This document shows, one piece after another, positions 56,527 through 64,000 of a DNA stretch of 64,000 bases; the first letter of the stretch is position 1, and every line of letters begins with the position of its first letter. The DNA comes from Verrucomicrobiota bacterium (lineage in GTDB: Bacteria > Verrucomicrobiota > Verrucomicrobiia > Limisphaerales > UBA9464), in the NCBI GenBank assembly GCA_029865985.1, contig JARXAF010000151.1, positions 36 to 64,035 on the forward strand, given 5' to 3'. The notes under the pieces were generated by a model that was given only the letters and a program-made list of their open reading frames with translations, did no database searches and was not told where the DNA came from. Position numbers and translations under genes: made by a program.

Positions 56527-58220
56527 TCAACCTCCCAAGACGACCCACACTCCAACAGCGCCCCCCATTGGGGAGCCTGTCCCTTACCCAGGCTCAGCCC
56601 CGGAAATCCCAGAGCCTGTCCCTAGTTTCACTCTTTCGGAGCCTGTCCCTAGTCCTTGCGGTTCTGGCCGCAGTCTTGGCTGTTACAGCGGTCATTACAG
56701 GGTCGGCTCTCGCCGATAATGGCCCACTCAAGATCGCGCTATTTCAACAACAGTTGACCAACGGTGCGCCTCAGGTCGTTGCCGACGCCCTCGCTCTGGA
56801 AGCCGAACAAAACCCAACAAGCCCCCATATCCAATACAACGCCGGTGTTGCCGCCTATGCAGCCCACCGCTGGGAAGACGCCTTGGTGGCATTCGACCGG
56901 GTGGAAACCCTGGGCCATCGAGGTTTGGCTCAGTTGGCGCGTTTCCAACGCGGCAACGCAGAATATCAATTGGGGGTCGAATCCAAAGCTGCCAACCTGG
57001 ACGAAACGGTCTCCCGATGGCGGGCTGCTTTGGAGGCGTATCAAGCCATCCTCAAAGAACAGCCCAACGACCTTCGCTCCACTGAGAACGACGCGTTCGT
57101 GCGGGGTAAACTTTTGGATCTACTCCTCGAAGAGGCCCGCAAGGCTGCCGATCAGGCCAATCAACCCGCCAAGACACCCGCGCAGCGAATTCCGGACCTT
57201 CGCAATGCACACGAAAAATACTCCGATGCGCACCAACTAAGCCCGAATCATTCAGAGGCTCAAAAAGGTGAGGCTGAAACCAAAGACCGCCTCGCTGAGG
57301 CGCTCAAACAGGAAGGTCTACGAAATGTTCAGCATCCTTTATCGTTGAAGGCTAGTCGTAGAGAACCACGCCTTCCGGAGGTAGACGCCTCGAAGCTAGA
57401 ACAAGGCATCTCACAACTGGAAGAAAGTCAGCAACTACGTCCCGGTGATCCCCAGGTCGACGAAGCGCTCAAGAAAGCCAAGGACCGTTTGGCAGACGCC
57501 AAAGTCAAACAAGCGGAGACCTTTTTGGCGCTGGAAGAGCAAATACCCATCACCAAAGAGAAATTGGCCCTCCTGAGAATGGCGCGCGAACAAATCGATC
57601 ATGCACTGGAACAATCGCCTCAACATCAGGAGGCCCAACGCACCGGTGAAGAAATCGATCGCCGCATGGCTCAAGTGCATGAAGACGAGGGAGACTTCCA
57701 AGAACAGCAAGCGGCCTTTTCCCAACCGGAGCAGCAGGCCATGCAATTGAGTCAAGCGCTGGACCATTTTCAGCAAGCCTCTGAACTTCGACCCAACCAA
57801 CCGCAGTTGCAGGCCAAACAGGAAAAGGCCCAACAGAAATTGGCTCAAACCCTCGATAAACTGGCCGACAAGCTCATGCAATCGCCCGCGGGACAAGAAC
57901 CCACGGAAGCCAAAGCAGCCCGCCTAGAAGGTGCTGAGCAGGCGCTCAATGAACTGCAAGCCATCCAACCCAGCGACCGCACCTCCCAACGGGCTGAGCA
58001 AGTCGGCAAAGAGCTCGATGGGTTACGCCAAATGCTCGCAGACAAAAGCAAGGAACCCTCGGAAAGCCCCGGCCAGGGTGATCCAAAAAACGGAGCCCAA
58101 CCCATACCGGCTCCGCCTCAGTGGATGACCCCTCCCCTGGACGGACCGCCACGCATCAACCAACCCGGCAACAAGGGACAGGCTCCCAAAAGCGCCGGTC
58201 GGAATATTCGCGACTACTGA
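56523..58220 (+). CDS. TM plus TPR plus long Gln/Glu-rich coiled-coil protein (BatC/BatD-like position)
   Basis: ATG at 56523 overlaps the upstream stop (ATGA). TM segment LVLAVLAAVLAVTAVI. TPR-like YNAGVAAYAAHRWEDALVAFDRV. The longer track ORF (from 56118) overlaps BatB and was rejected. Confidence 0.7.
   Translation: MINLPRRPTLQQRPPLGSLSLTQAQPRKSQSLSLVSLFRSLSLVLAVLAAVLAVTAVITGSALADNGPLKIALFQQQLTNGAPQVVADALALEAEQNPTSPHIQYNAGVAAYAAHRWEDALVAFDRVETLGHRGLAQLARFQRGNAEYQLGVESKAANLDETVSRWRAALEAYQAILKEQPNDLRSTENDAFVRGKLLDLLLEEARKAADQANQPAKTPAQRIPDLRNAHEKYSDAHQLSPNHSEAQKGEAETKDRLAEALKQEGLRNVQHPLSLKASRREPRLPEVDASKLEQGISQLEESQQLRPGDPQVDEALKKAKDRLADAKVKQAETFLALEEQIPITKEKLALLRMAREQIDHALEQSPQHQEAQRTGEEIDRRMAQVHEDEGDFQEQQAAFSQPEQQAMQLSQALDHFQQASELRPNQPQLQAKQEKAQQKLAQTLDKLADKLMQSPAGQEPTEAKAARLEGAEQALNELQAIQPSDRTSQRAEQVGKELDGLRQMLADKSKEPSESPGQGDPKNGAQPIPAPPQWMTPPLDGPPRINQPGNKGQAPKSAGRNIRDY
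56574..56653. repeat. three direct copies of AGCCTGTCCCT inside the 5' end of the BatC/D-like gene
   Basis: Copies at 56574-56584, 56613-56623 and 56640-56650. A 15-mer GAGCCTGTCCCTAGT occurs at 56612-56626 and 56639-56653. Each copy is read in frame as S-L-S-L. Confidence 0.85.
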
Positions 58221-58396
58221 CACACTGTCGGAAACTCACCACTCAGCCGACCTCAGCCAACCTATCGTCATCGAGGGTAGCCTGTCCCTCCGCTCCTTTC
58301 ATCCCCCCTTTCCTGAACTCTATCTGATCCTGCTGCATTCTGTTTCCGGAAGAAGCCTGTCCCCAACTTGGCCCACGCTCGTCATAGCCTGTCCCT
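58175..58396. repeat. four further copies of the motif at the 3' end of and downstream from the BatC/D-like gene
   Basis: GGGACAGGCT at 58175-58184 (inverted). AGCCTGTCCCT at 58279-58289, AGCCTGTCCCC at 58354-58364 and AGCCTGTCCCT at 58386-58396. Confidence 0.85.
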
Positions 58397-58625
58397 TCGC
58401 CTCTTCATTCGGGCTGAGAATTGGAGAGCGAAAAACAGATAATAACGATATCGAAAGCTATTTGGATAGACTTGAAGCGGTGTTCGGCACCTGAAAACCA
58501 ACAAACTGCCAACACCGTCTCTTCCCCGGTACGTCGTTTTAGCAAATCAAAGGGGCACGAGAACCCGCAGAGGAACTTCAGCCCACAGGTGGGGTGTAAC
58601 GACACAATCCAACCGCTGCGGTGAT

Positions 58626-59618
58626 TCAAACCAGACAATCCACCATCCCCGGAAGACGCTGGGCGGTCTTTTCCAGAGATTTGAGAACTTTACGGCGACT
58701 GGCCTCGCTTCCTTCTGGGAAGAGCAGGTTCCAGCCTGATGCGTTCATCCAGTCTTGGGGGGAACGCAATGGGGGATCACCGGGATGCCCTAGACCAATG
58801 GAAAGAGCAAACTGGTCGGCAATCTGGACCGCTCCAGCCAAGCGCGCATCACGGGTTGTTCCAGACGGAGTATGATGGTAGCGGGTCGTGAACTCCAACG
58901 ACTCACCCAATTGCTGAGCCTTGAGGTACATGGCCCCCAGATGAGCGTGATCACATCCAACACTGTCCAACTCGATGAGCCGAACCGGGAGGGAAGAAGT
59001 CTTCAGTTGGTCTAAAATGCTGGCATGGTGTTCGGGAAAGACCGTGGCGAAGACAATCCAACCCACATCATGAACCAAACCCGCTACATAATCCAGATCT
59101 TCACCCGAATCTGGGGTCGCCATCATGAGATCCTTGGTGACCATCGCCACCGCGATACTGTGTTTCCATAGATTCCGCCACAGCGTTTCGGCCGCTCCCC
59201 GCTGGGATCCGGTGATCCGTTTGAAGTCATCAATGACCGGGGTCATGGTGGCCAATTCCCTCACCTGCCGAACCCCGACATAGAAAACAGCCTCTTCCAA
59301 GCTCGTCACTTGTTGCCCCAAACCGTAGTGGACTGAGTTTACGAGCTTGAGAAGACGTGACGTGAGGCCCGGATCGCGTCGGATGACCTCAGAAATCTGT
59401 CCAGCATACCGCTGTTCAGCAGCCAGCAACTCGCGCAGCGCCCCTTGGATGCTCTTGAGAGAGGGGATAGGCGGGCACGACTGAAGACGACGGTTGATCT
59501 CCGCCAGCGACAGTGCCTTCGGGGAAGCCCCCGCAGTTACCGTGGAATTCACGGACATTGTGAGCTCTATCGGCAGAAAGGGAGTTCTCCTGAAAGGCTT
59601 TGTTGGATAACCCGTCAT
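58626..59618 (-). CDS. HDOD-domain signalling protein
   Basis: 330 aa. Layout and strings (LPSLKSIQGALRELL, HDVGWIVF, CDHAHLGAMYLK, RYHHTP) resemble HDOD proteins. The start may be an internal ATG. Confidence 0.75.
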   Translation of the reverse strand: MTGYPTKPFRRTPFLPIELTMSVNSTVTAGASPKALSLAEINRRLQSCPPIPSLKSIQGALRELLAAEQRYAGQISEVIRRDPGLTSRLLKLVNSVHYGLGQQVTSLEEAVFYVGVRQVRELATMTPVIDDFKRITGSQRGAAETLWRNLWKHSIAVAMVTKDLMMATPDSGEDLDYVAGLVHDVGWIVFATVFPEHHASILDQLKTSSLPVRLIELDSVGCDHAHLGAMYLKAQQLGESLEFTTRYHHTPSGTTRDARLAGAVQIADQFALSIGLGHPGDPPLRSPQDWMNASGWNLLFPEGSEASRRKVLKSLEKTAQRLPGMVDCLV

Positions 59619-59847
59619 CCCTCCAAAAACCCTTCAAGCAATCCGCCCTCAAGTTCTGAAACCAAAATGCCGATCCTACTACGACGATGTGTGTTCCAAT
59701 CCATTCCGCTGACCGAAGCCCACGACGGGCAGGCGCGCCTGGAGGAACCGCTACAAAGCCCATTAAAAGGCTCGCCGCTCAGCCTGCCGATCCCTCGAGG
59801 ATGGAAGGTTCATCGCGCCCACCTGCACTGCTGACCTCTCAATTTCA

Positions 59848-60978
59848 ATGAAACCGAAGATTCTGACTGTCGATGACAGCAAGACAATCCGCCTGATTGT
59901 CACCAAGGCGCTGAAACCCTTCGATGTGGACGTTCTTGAAGCCTCCAACGGCGTCGAGGGTGTCGCAGTGGCCATGCGCGAAAAGCCCGACCTGATCCTT
60001 CTGGACCTGACAATGCCCATCATGGACGGCTCAGAGTGTCTGGCGAAGCTCAAGTCCCACGCCGACCTGAAGAATATCCCGGTGATCATGCTCACGGCCG
60101 AATCTGGTCGGGACAACGTCACCAAGATCGCCAAAATGGGTGTTCGCGACTACCTCGTGAAGCCCTTCAAAGAGGACATGCTCGTTGAGCGTGCAGGGCG
60201 CATCATCGAACTGAAGGCCAAAGGCGGCGGGGTCAAAAAGGTCAAACGTTACGATGACCCCCTCAATATTTTGGTCGTCGATGACAAGCCAGCCATCATC
60301 GATCAAATCAAGGCGGCCGTCTCCGATACTCCATGGCAAGTTCATGGGCGCACCCAGACCGGCGAAGCCCTTGATTACTGTTCCCAAAACGTTCCCGACG
60401 CCATTTTGGTCAGCCTTTCGCTTCCCGATGGAGCCGGATTTACTCTTTTCCAGATGTTTCGGGCCAGCACCCGAACCAAGAGCGCACCGATTTTCGGTCT
60501 CTCCGTCAAAACAGCCACCGAAGACCAGGCCCGGGCCACACAGGTGGGCTTCATGGGTGTGATCACCAAGCCTTTGGATCCGGACGATCTGAAAACCAAG
60601 GTTTGTCGATCCCTCAGCCTCGATACTTCCTACAAATACTTCCAGCAACGCGATGGTGTTCTGGCGGTCATCCTGCCCCCCAACCTCACTCCCAACATTG
60701 CCAACGAGATCTCCGGGCAAATGCGCAACAAGGTCTCCGAAGCGGTTGATTCTGGCTTGGGCAAGATGATCATCGATATGAGCCAGGTCCGAACCCCAGA
60801 CATCAACCTAGTAAAGCTGGGGATCACCACCATCCAAATGTGCAATGACTTGTCCCTCCAACAACGCTTGGTGGGTTCATCAACGGTTCAAGCCGAGTGT
60901 CGGAACTACGAAGAAACCAAAGATTGGGTCTTTGTGACTTCGTACGAAGACGCCATCCGAGATCTCAGTCGCAAGTAA
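59848..60978 (+). CDS. response regulator: receiver, degenerate receiver and STAS-like C-terminal domain
   Basis: REC1: KILTVDDSKTIR...DLILLDLTMPIMDG...K. The second REC-like unit NILVVDDKPAI...AILVSLSLPDGAG has Ser at the expected phospho-Asp position. The C-terminus MIIDMSQVRTPDINLVKLG...LVGSS is STAS-like. Confidence 0.75.
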   Translation: MKPKILTVDDSKTIRLIVTKALKPFDVDVLEASNGVEGVAVAMREKPDLILLDLTMPIMDGSECLAKLKSHADLKNIPVIMLTAESGRDNVTKIAKMGVRDYLVKPFKEDMLVERAGRIIELKAKGGGVKKVKRYDDPLNILVVDDKPAIIDQIKAAVSDTPWQVHGRTQTGEALDYCSQNVPDAILVSLSLPDGAGFTLFQMFRASTRTKSAPIFGLSVKTATEDQARATQVGFMGVITKPLDPDDLKTKVCRSLSLDTSYKYFQQRDGVLAVILPPNLTPNIANEISGQMRNKVSEAVDSGLGKMIIDMSQVRTPDINLVKLGITTIQMCNDLSLQQRLVGSSTVQAECRNYEETKDWVFVTSYEDAIRDLSRK

Positions 60979-61041
60979 CAACAGTGACTCCAGAACCTCG
61001 AAAAGAGGTGTTCAGGAAAACAACCGATTCACAAGGACGTG

Positions 61042-61599
61042 ATGAAACGTGTTCACATGATAGTGGGAGGAGCCATCTTTATGGTTCCGGCACTCGCGGC
61101 GCCAAATGCCTACCTGACTCGGGTGGGTCCAAAGCCGCTGAATTTCAGCGCTCCAACGCGTCCGCTGGAAGAGGTTGTGGCCAAACTACCCCCGCTGCTC
61201 AACGGCCTTCCTGAGAAACCCGCTCCCGAATCGGACCCAAAACTTGAGCAAACGCTCGTTGAACCAGGACCTCTCGGCCCGGTATTTCCCGAGACAGAGC
61301 CCTCCGAGATCCTCCGACTCCCAGATAATTGGCCAACCACCTCTCAGGGAACAGCGACTACGGGAGAAACCCCTCCGAACACGCTTCCGTCCTCAAAAGG
61401 AGGAACCTCACCCGGCCAGAACCAGATCTCACTGAGCCCGGAAAATCTCATCCGGTTCTTCACAAGGTCCGGTTCCCAGCCAAACTCGGGGCAAACCAAC
61501 ACCGGTCAACAAAGCACCACCATCGCCATCCCGGTCCCGTTCATTCCTGGCAACCCCTCCACCCCCACCTCTAGCCGCGTTGAATTCCGGCAGGAATGA
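61042..61599 (+). CDS. secreted Pro/Thr/Ser-rich protein (hypothetical)
   Basis: Signal-like MKRVHMIVGGAIFMVPALAAP followed by low-complexity sequence. Sits 3 nt before the next gene. Confidence 0.5.
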   Translation: MKRVHMIVGGAIFMVPALAAPNAYLTRVGPKPLNFSAPTRPLEEVVAKLPPLLNGLPEKPAPESDPKLEQTLVEPGPLGPVFPETEPSEILRLPDNWPTTSQGTATTGETPPNTLPSSKGGTSPGQNQISLSPENLIRFFTRSGSQPNSGQTNTGQQSTTIAIPVPFIPGNPSTPTSSRVEFRQE

Positions 61600-61602
61600 C
61601 CC

Positions 61603-63168
61603 ATGCAGCTACTTCTCTTAATCAACCGATGGGGTCGACGCTGGATAGCCTGGATGGTGATGGGGGCAGGAATCTTGGTTGCGGAGGTGGCCACTTCCAC
61701 CGCAAGCCCGACAAACCGCAAAGCCTCCCCTAGCCAGCGACCGGTTCCCAATGTTCAGGCCACCAATGCCGTGCGCGTCACGGATGAGCTTGCCGATTCG
61801 TTGGAGCAGAGGTTTCGATTACCACCAAAGGAACAAGGAGCTTCTTTCGAATCTGACAACGTGCTCAGGCGCCAGGTCAAAAAAATCGTGGTCGATGAGA
61901 CCAAGGTCTGGCGCGACATGATGGAAGGGGCCACCAACAACTATGCCCGCAGCATTAAGGCGGCGGACAAGCACACGGCCGAAAGTTTGTTGGTAAGCAT
62001 TGTCGAAAACCCGGATTCCCCCACTGAGATCAAGCGAGAGTGCATGAAACACCTCGCCCAAATCGCTTTAGACGGACGGTTTTATAGTAGGGCCCAACAA
62101 ATCTACTCCCAATTGGTCAGCAGATTTCCCCTGGATCCAGACACCCCGGCCGTACTGTACCGGCAGGGAATTCTCTACCGGCAAATTGGCGCCACGGAAT
62201 TGGCTTTGTCCAAATTCCACGCCGTGATGTCGACGGTCATCAGCCTTCAAGAAAAGGACCTCTCCGCTTACAAATCTCTGGTTCTTTTGGCTCAGACCGA
62301 AATCGCGGACACCTTTTTCATGGCTGGCCAGTTTGGTCGTGCTGCGGATTATTTTAGGAGGGTCCTCAAGCTTGCGGACACCAATCTGAACGAATCTCTG
62401 GTGCGGTTGAAACTGGTCAAAGCTGTTTTCGAATTACAGGACTGGAAAGGAGTGGTCGTCGAAGGTCAGCTATCCCTCGATAAAGTACCCCAATCACCGT
62501 ACACTGCCGAGGTTCGCTTCCTGATCTCTGAGGCTTACAAGAAGCTGGGCATGCAAAACGAGGCACTCCAACAAACCATGGAACTCCTCAATACCGAGCA
62601 GGAGCGATCCAACACAGATCCCGAAAATTGGGCCTATTGGCAAAAGCGCACGGGCAACAAGTTGGCAAACGAACTCTACCAGCAAGGAGACTATGTCAAT
62701 GCACTGCTCATCTATGAGGCGCTCGACAAACTTCCCGGAAACGATGAATGGCATTCTCAGGCGCTGTACCAAATCGGGTTGATGTACGAACGTTTGTTTC
62801 AGCCGGATCGAGCTTCGGCAGCCTACAACAAGGTCCTATCCTTATCAACCAACTCGGTGCCTCCCGCTTTGGCTACTGCGGGTTCGACCAATACCGCAGC
62901 CATGGTGTCCAGTGGCGTTTCCGCTGGCGGCGCTACCAACGGACCCAACACCACCCAATCAGGAACGATGACCAAAACCAATGGACCGACTCAGGCTCAG
63001 CCCGCGATCACACCTCCCGGGCTGAAGTTGATTCGTGAAATGGCTCAATGGCGTCTCAACAACCTGCGCTGGGATCAAAATGTCCATCAGGAGATGCAAA
63101 AACTCTTCGTGCCCAACGCAGCCTCCACCAACAGCAGCGTCTCCAGCTTGAAGAGCTCGACCCCATGA
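61603..63168 (+). CDS. TPR-repeat protein
   Basis: 521 aa with an N-terminal TM segment. Multiple TPR-like units (YSRAQQIYSQLVSRFP, AVLYRQGILYRQIG, ALYQIGLMYERLFQPDRASAAYNKVL). Confidence 0.7.
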   Translation: MQLLLLINRWGRRWIAWMVMGAGILVAEVATSTASPTNRKASPSQRPVPNVQATNAVRVTDELADSLEQRFRLPPKEQGASFESDNVLRRQVKKIVVDETKVWRDMMEGATNNYARSIKAADKHTAESLLVSIVENPDSPTEIKRECMKHLAQIALDGRFYSRAQQIYSQLVSRFPLDPDTPAVLYRQGILYRQIGATELALSKFHAVMSTVISLQEKDLSAYKSLVLLAQTEIADTFFMAGQFGRAADYFRRVLKLADTNLNESLVRLKLVKAVFELQDWKGVVVEGQLSLDKVPQSPYTAEVRFLISEAYKKLGMQNEALQQTMELLNTEQERSNTDPENWAYWQKRTGNKLANELYQQGDYVNALLIYEALDKLPGNDEWHSQALYQIGLMYERLFQPDRASAAYNKVLSLSTNSVPPALATAGSTNTAAMVSSGVSAGGATNGPNTTQSGTMTKTNGPTQAQPAITPPGLKLIREMAQWRLNNLRWDQNVHQEMQKLFVPNAASTNSSVSSLKSSTP

Positions 63169-63620
63169 ACTCGGAGTCCCAGATGTTGGTGGATCTCCGC
63201 TCTCAACTAGCCATCAACACGGATCTACTGGGCCACCTAGAGCGAGAGTCCCAACACCTTCGTCAAGTGGATGCGCCGCAATCCTCTGCGGCGTCGGAAG
63301 CCCGAAAACAAGCACTACCCAAGCTTGATGCGGCTCTGCAACGGATACGTCAGCACCGCAACTTTTGGCTTTCACTGAGTCCGGAAGTACGCTCAACCAA
63401 GCATGAAATCCGGGAGCTTCTGCGCCAGAATCAGGACCTTATCATGCGATTGATCATTCTGGACCGGGAAAACGAACAATTACTCCTGAGGCGAGGACTC
63501 ATTCCTCCAAAGCACCTACCGCCGGCCCAACGTCAACGTCCCCATTACGTCGCGGACATGTACCGGCGAAATCACTCCACCGGCAATCCAGCCGGAACAA
63601 AGCCGGACGAAGATCGCTGA
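63165..63620 (+). CDS. coiled-coil protein, possibly FlgN-like chaperone
   Basis: ATG at 63165 overlaps the upstream stop (ATGA). 151 aa, with a helical Leu/Gln/Arg-rich pattern reminiscent of FlgN. Weak assignment. Confidence 0.4.
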   Translation: MNSESQMLVDLRSQLAINTDLLGHLERESQHLRQVDAPQSSAASEARKQALPKLDAALQRIRQHRNFWLSLSPEVRSTKHEIRELLRQNQDLIMRLIILDRENEQLLLRRGLIPPKHLPPAQRQRPHYVADMYRRNHSTGNPAGTKPDEDR

Positions 63621-63789
63621 CCTGTGGGCTTTTTCGGAAGCAGCTTTATTTGATTGTGACCGATAGCCCACCGGGAAGCATCGCGGGGTATCGCGGTCAG
63701 GAATTAAATTCCAAACCCGCTCGAAACCACCCGTGTTTCCAGCAGTGAAGATTGCCCAGTTGGCGGAACCCTATACCCTCCCTGTCGAC

Positions 63790-64000
63790 ATGATCCGACC
63801 GACAGCGTGGTTGATGCTGGCAACGTGGGTAAGTTTACTTTCCGCGGCAGAGCGGCAGTTCGATTTTTCCTCAACGCGGCCCGGGGCCCTTCCCGACGGA
63901 TGGAAAGCTGAACTCGCTGGCTCAGGAAAACCCGGCGATTGGCGGGTACTTGAAGAAGATATCCCTCCAGTGCTGCCACCTCTATCTCCGCAGGCTCCCA
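63790..64000 (+). CDS. 5' fragment of a secreted protein (runs off the window)
   Basis: ATG at 63790, open to the window end (70 codons, no stop). Signal-like MIRPTAWLMLATWVSLLSAA, then FDFSSTRPGALPDGWKAELAGSGKPGDWRV. Not in the ORF track because it has no stop. Confidence 0.45.
   Translation, partial: MIRPTAWLMLATWVSLLSAAERQFDFSSTRPGALPDGWKAELAGSGKPGDWRVLEEDIPPVLPPLSPQAP

Noticed and set aside
56118-58220. Long N-terminal extensions given by the ORF track (also 24235..25587, 41011..41985, 52946..53971, 53739..54524, 55378..56526, 28029..30104, 46855..47508, 36197..37279)
   Set aside because: The extensions overlap the upstream gene in another frame and are compositionally odd. Internal starts give canonical N-termini and 1-4-nt coupling to the upstream stop codons.

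Overview
This is a high-GC bacterial chromosomal segment (about 60% G+C by eye, not computed). Its gene repertoire resembles the PVC superphylum (Verrucomicrobiota/Planctomycetota-like): a PSCyt1-type cytochrome-c domain, DUF1501, PEP-CTERM, a giant HEAT/CxxCH protein and several giant secreted proteins. I can support about 55 CDS, 2 tRNAs, 3 hairpin terminators and several repeat families. Recognisable housekeeping genes are leuS, kdsD, ispF and holA. The main accessory feature is a 12.75-kb integrative island (3977-16729) in tRNA-Thr(UGU), bounded by 21-bp direct repeats. It carries a tyrosine integrase, an Xis-like HTH gene, a radical-SAM gene, and a strongly AT-rich replicon-like module. 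That module holds a wHTH gene, an iteron/AT-rich array, and a 465-aa ORF whose C-terminal half shows family-A-polymerase-like motifs. The island also carries an operon of a 1156-aa cohesin/dockerin/InlB-B-repeat surface protein flanked by two FGE-sulfatase-domain paralogues. Outside the island, three things stand out. A 10-mer (AGCCTGTCCC) occurs at least 13 times, clustered in three places. A tightly coupled EamA / 2OG-oxygenase / P450 / adenosine-deaminase-family operon faces a purine-type permease. A Bat-like DUF58-VWA-VWA-TPR operon has no MoxR ATPase in the window. All family assignments come from motif recognition by eye and no database search was run. Many long antisense or alternative-frame ORFs in the track are high-GC artefacts and were not called.
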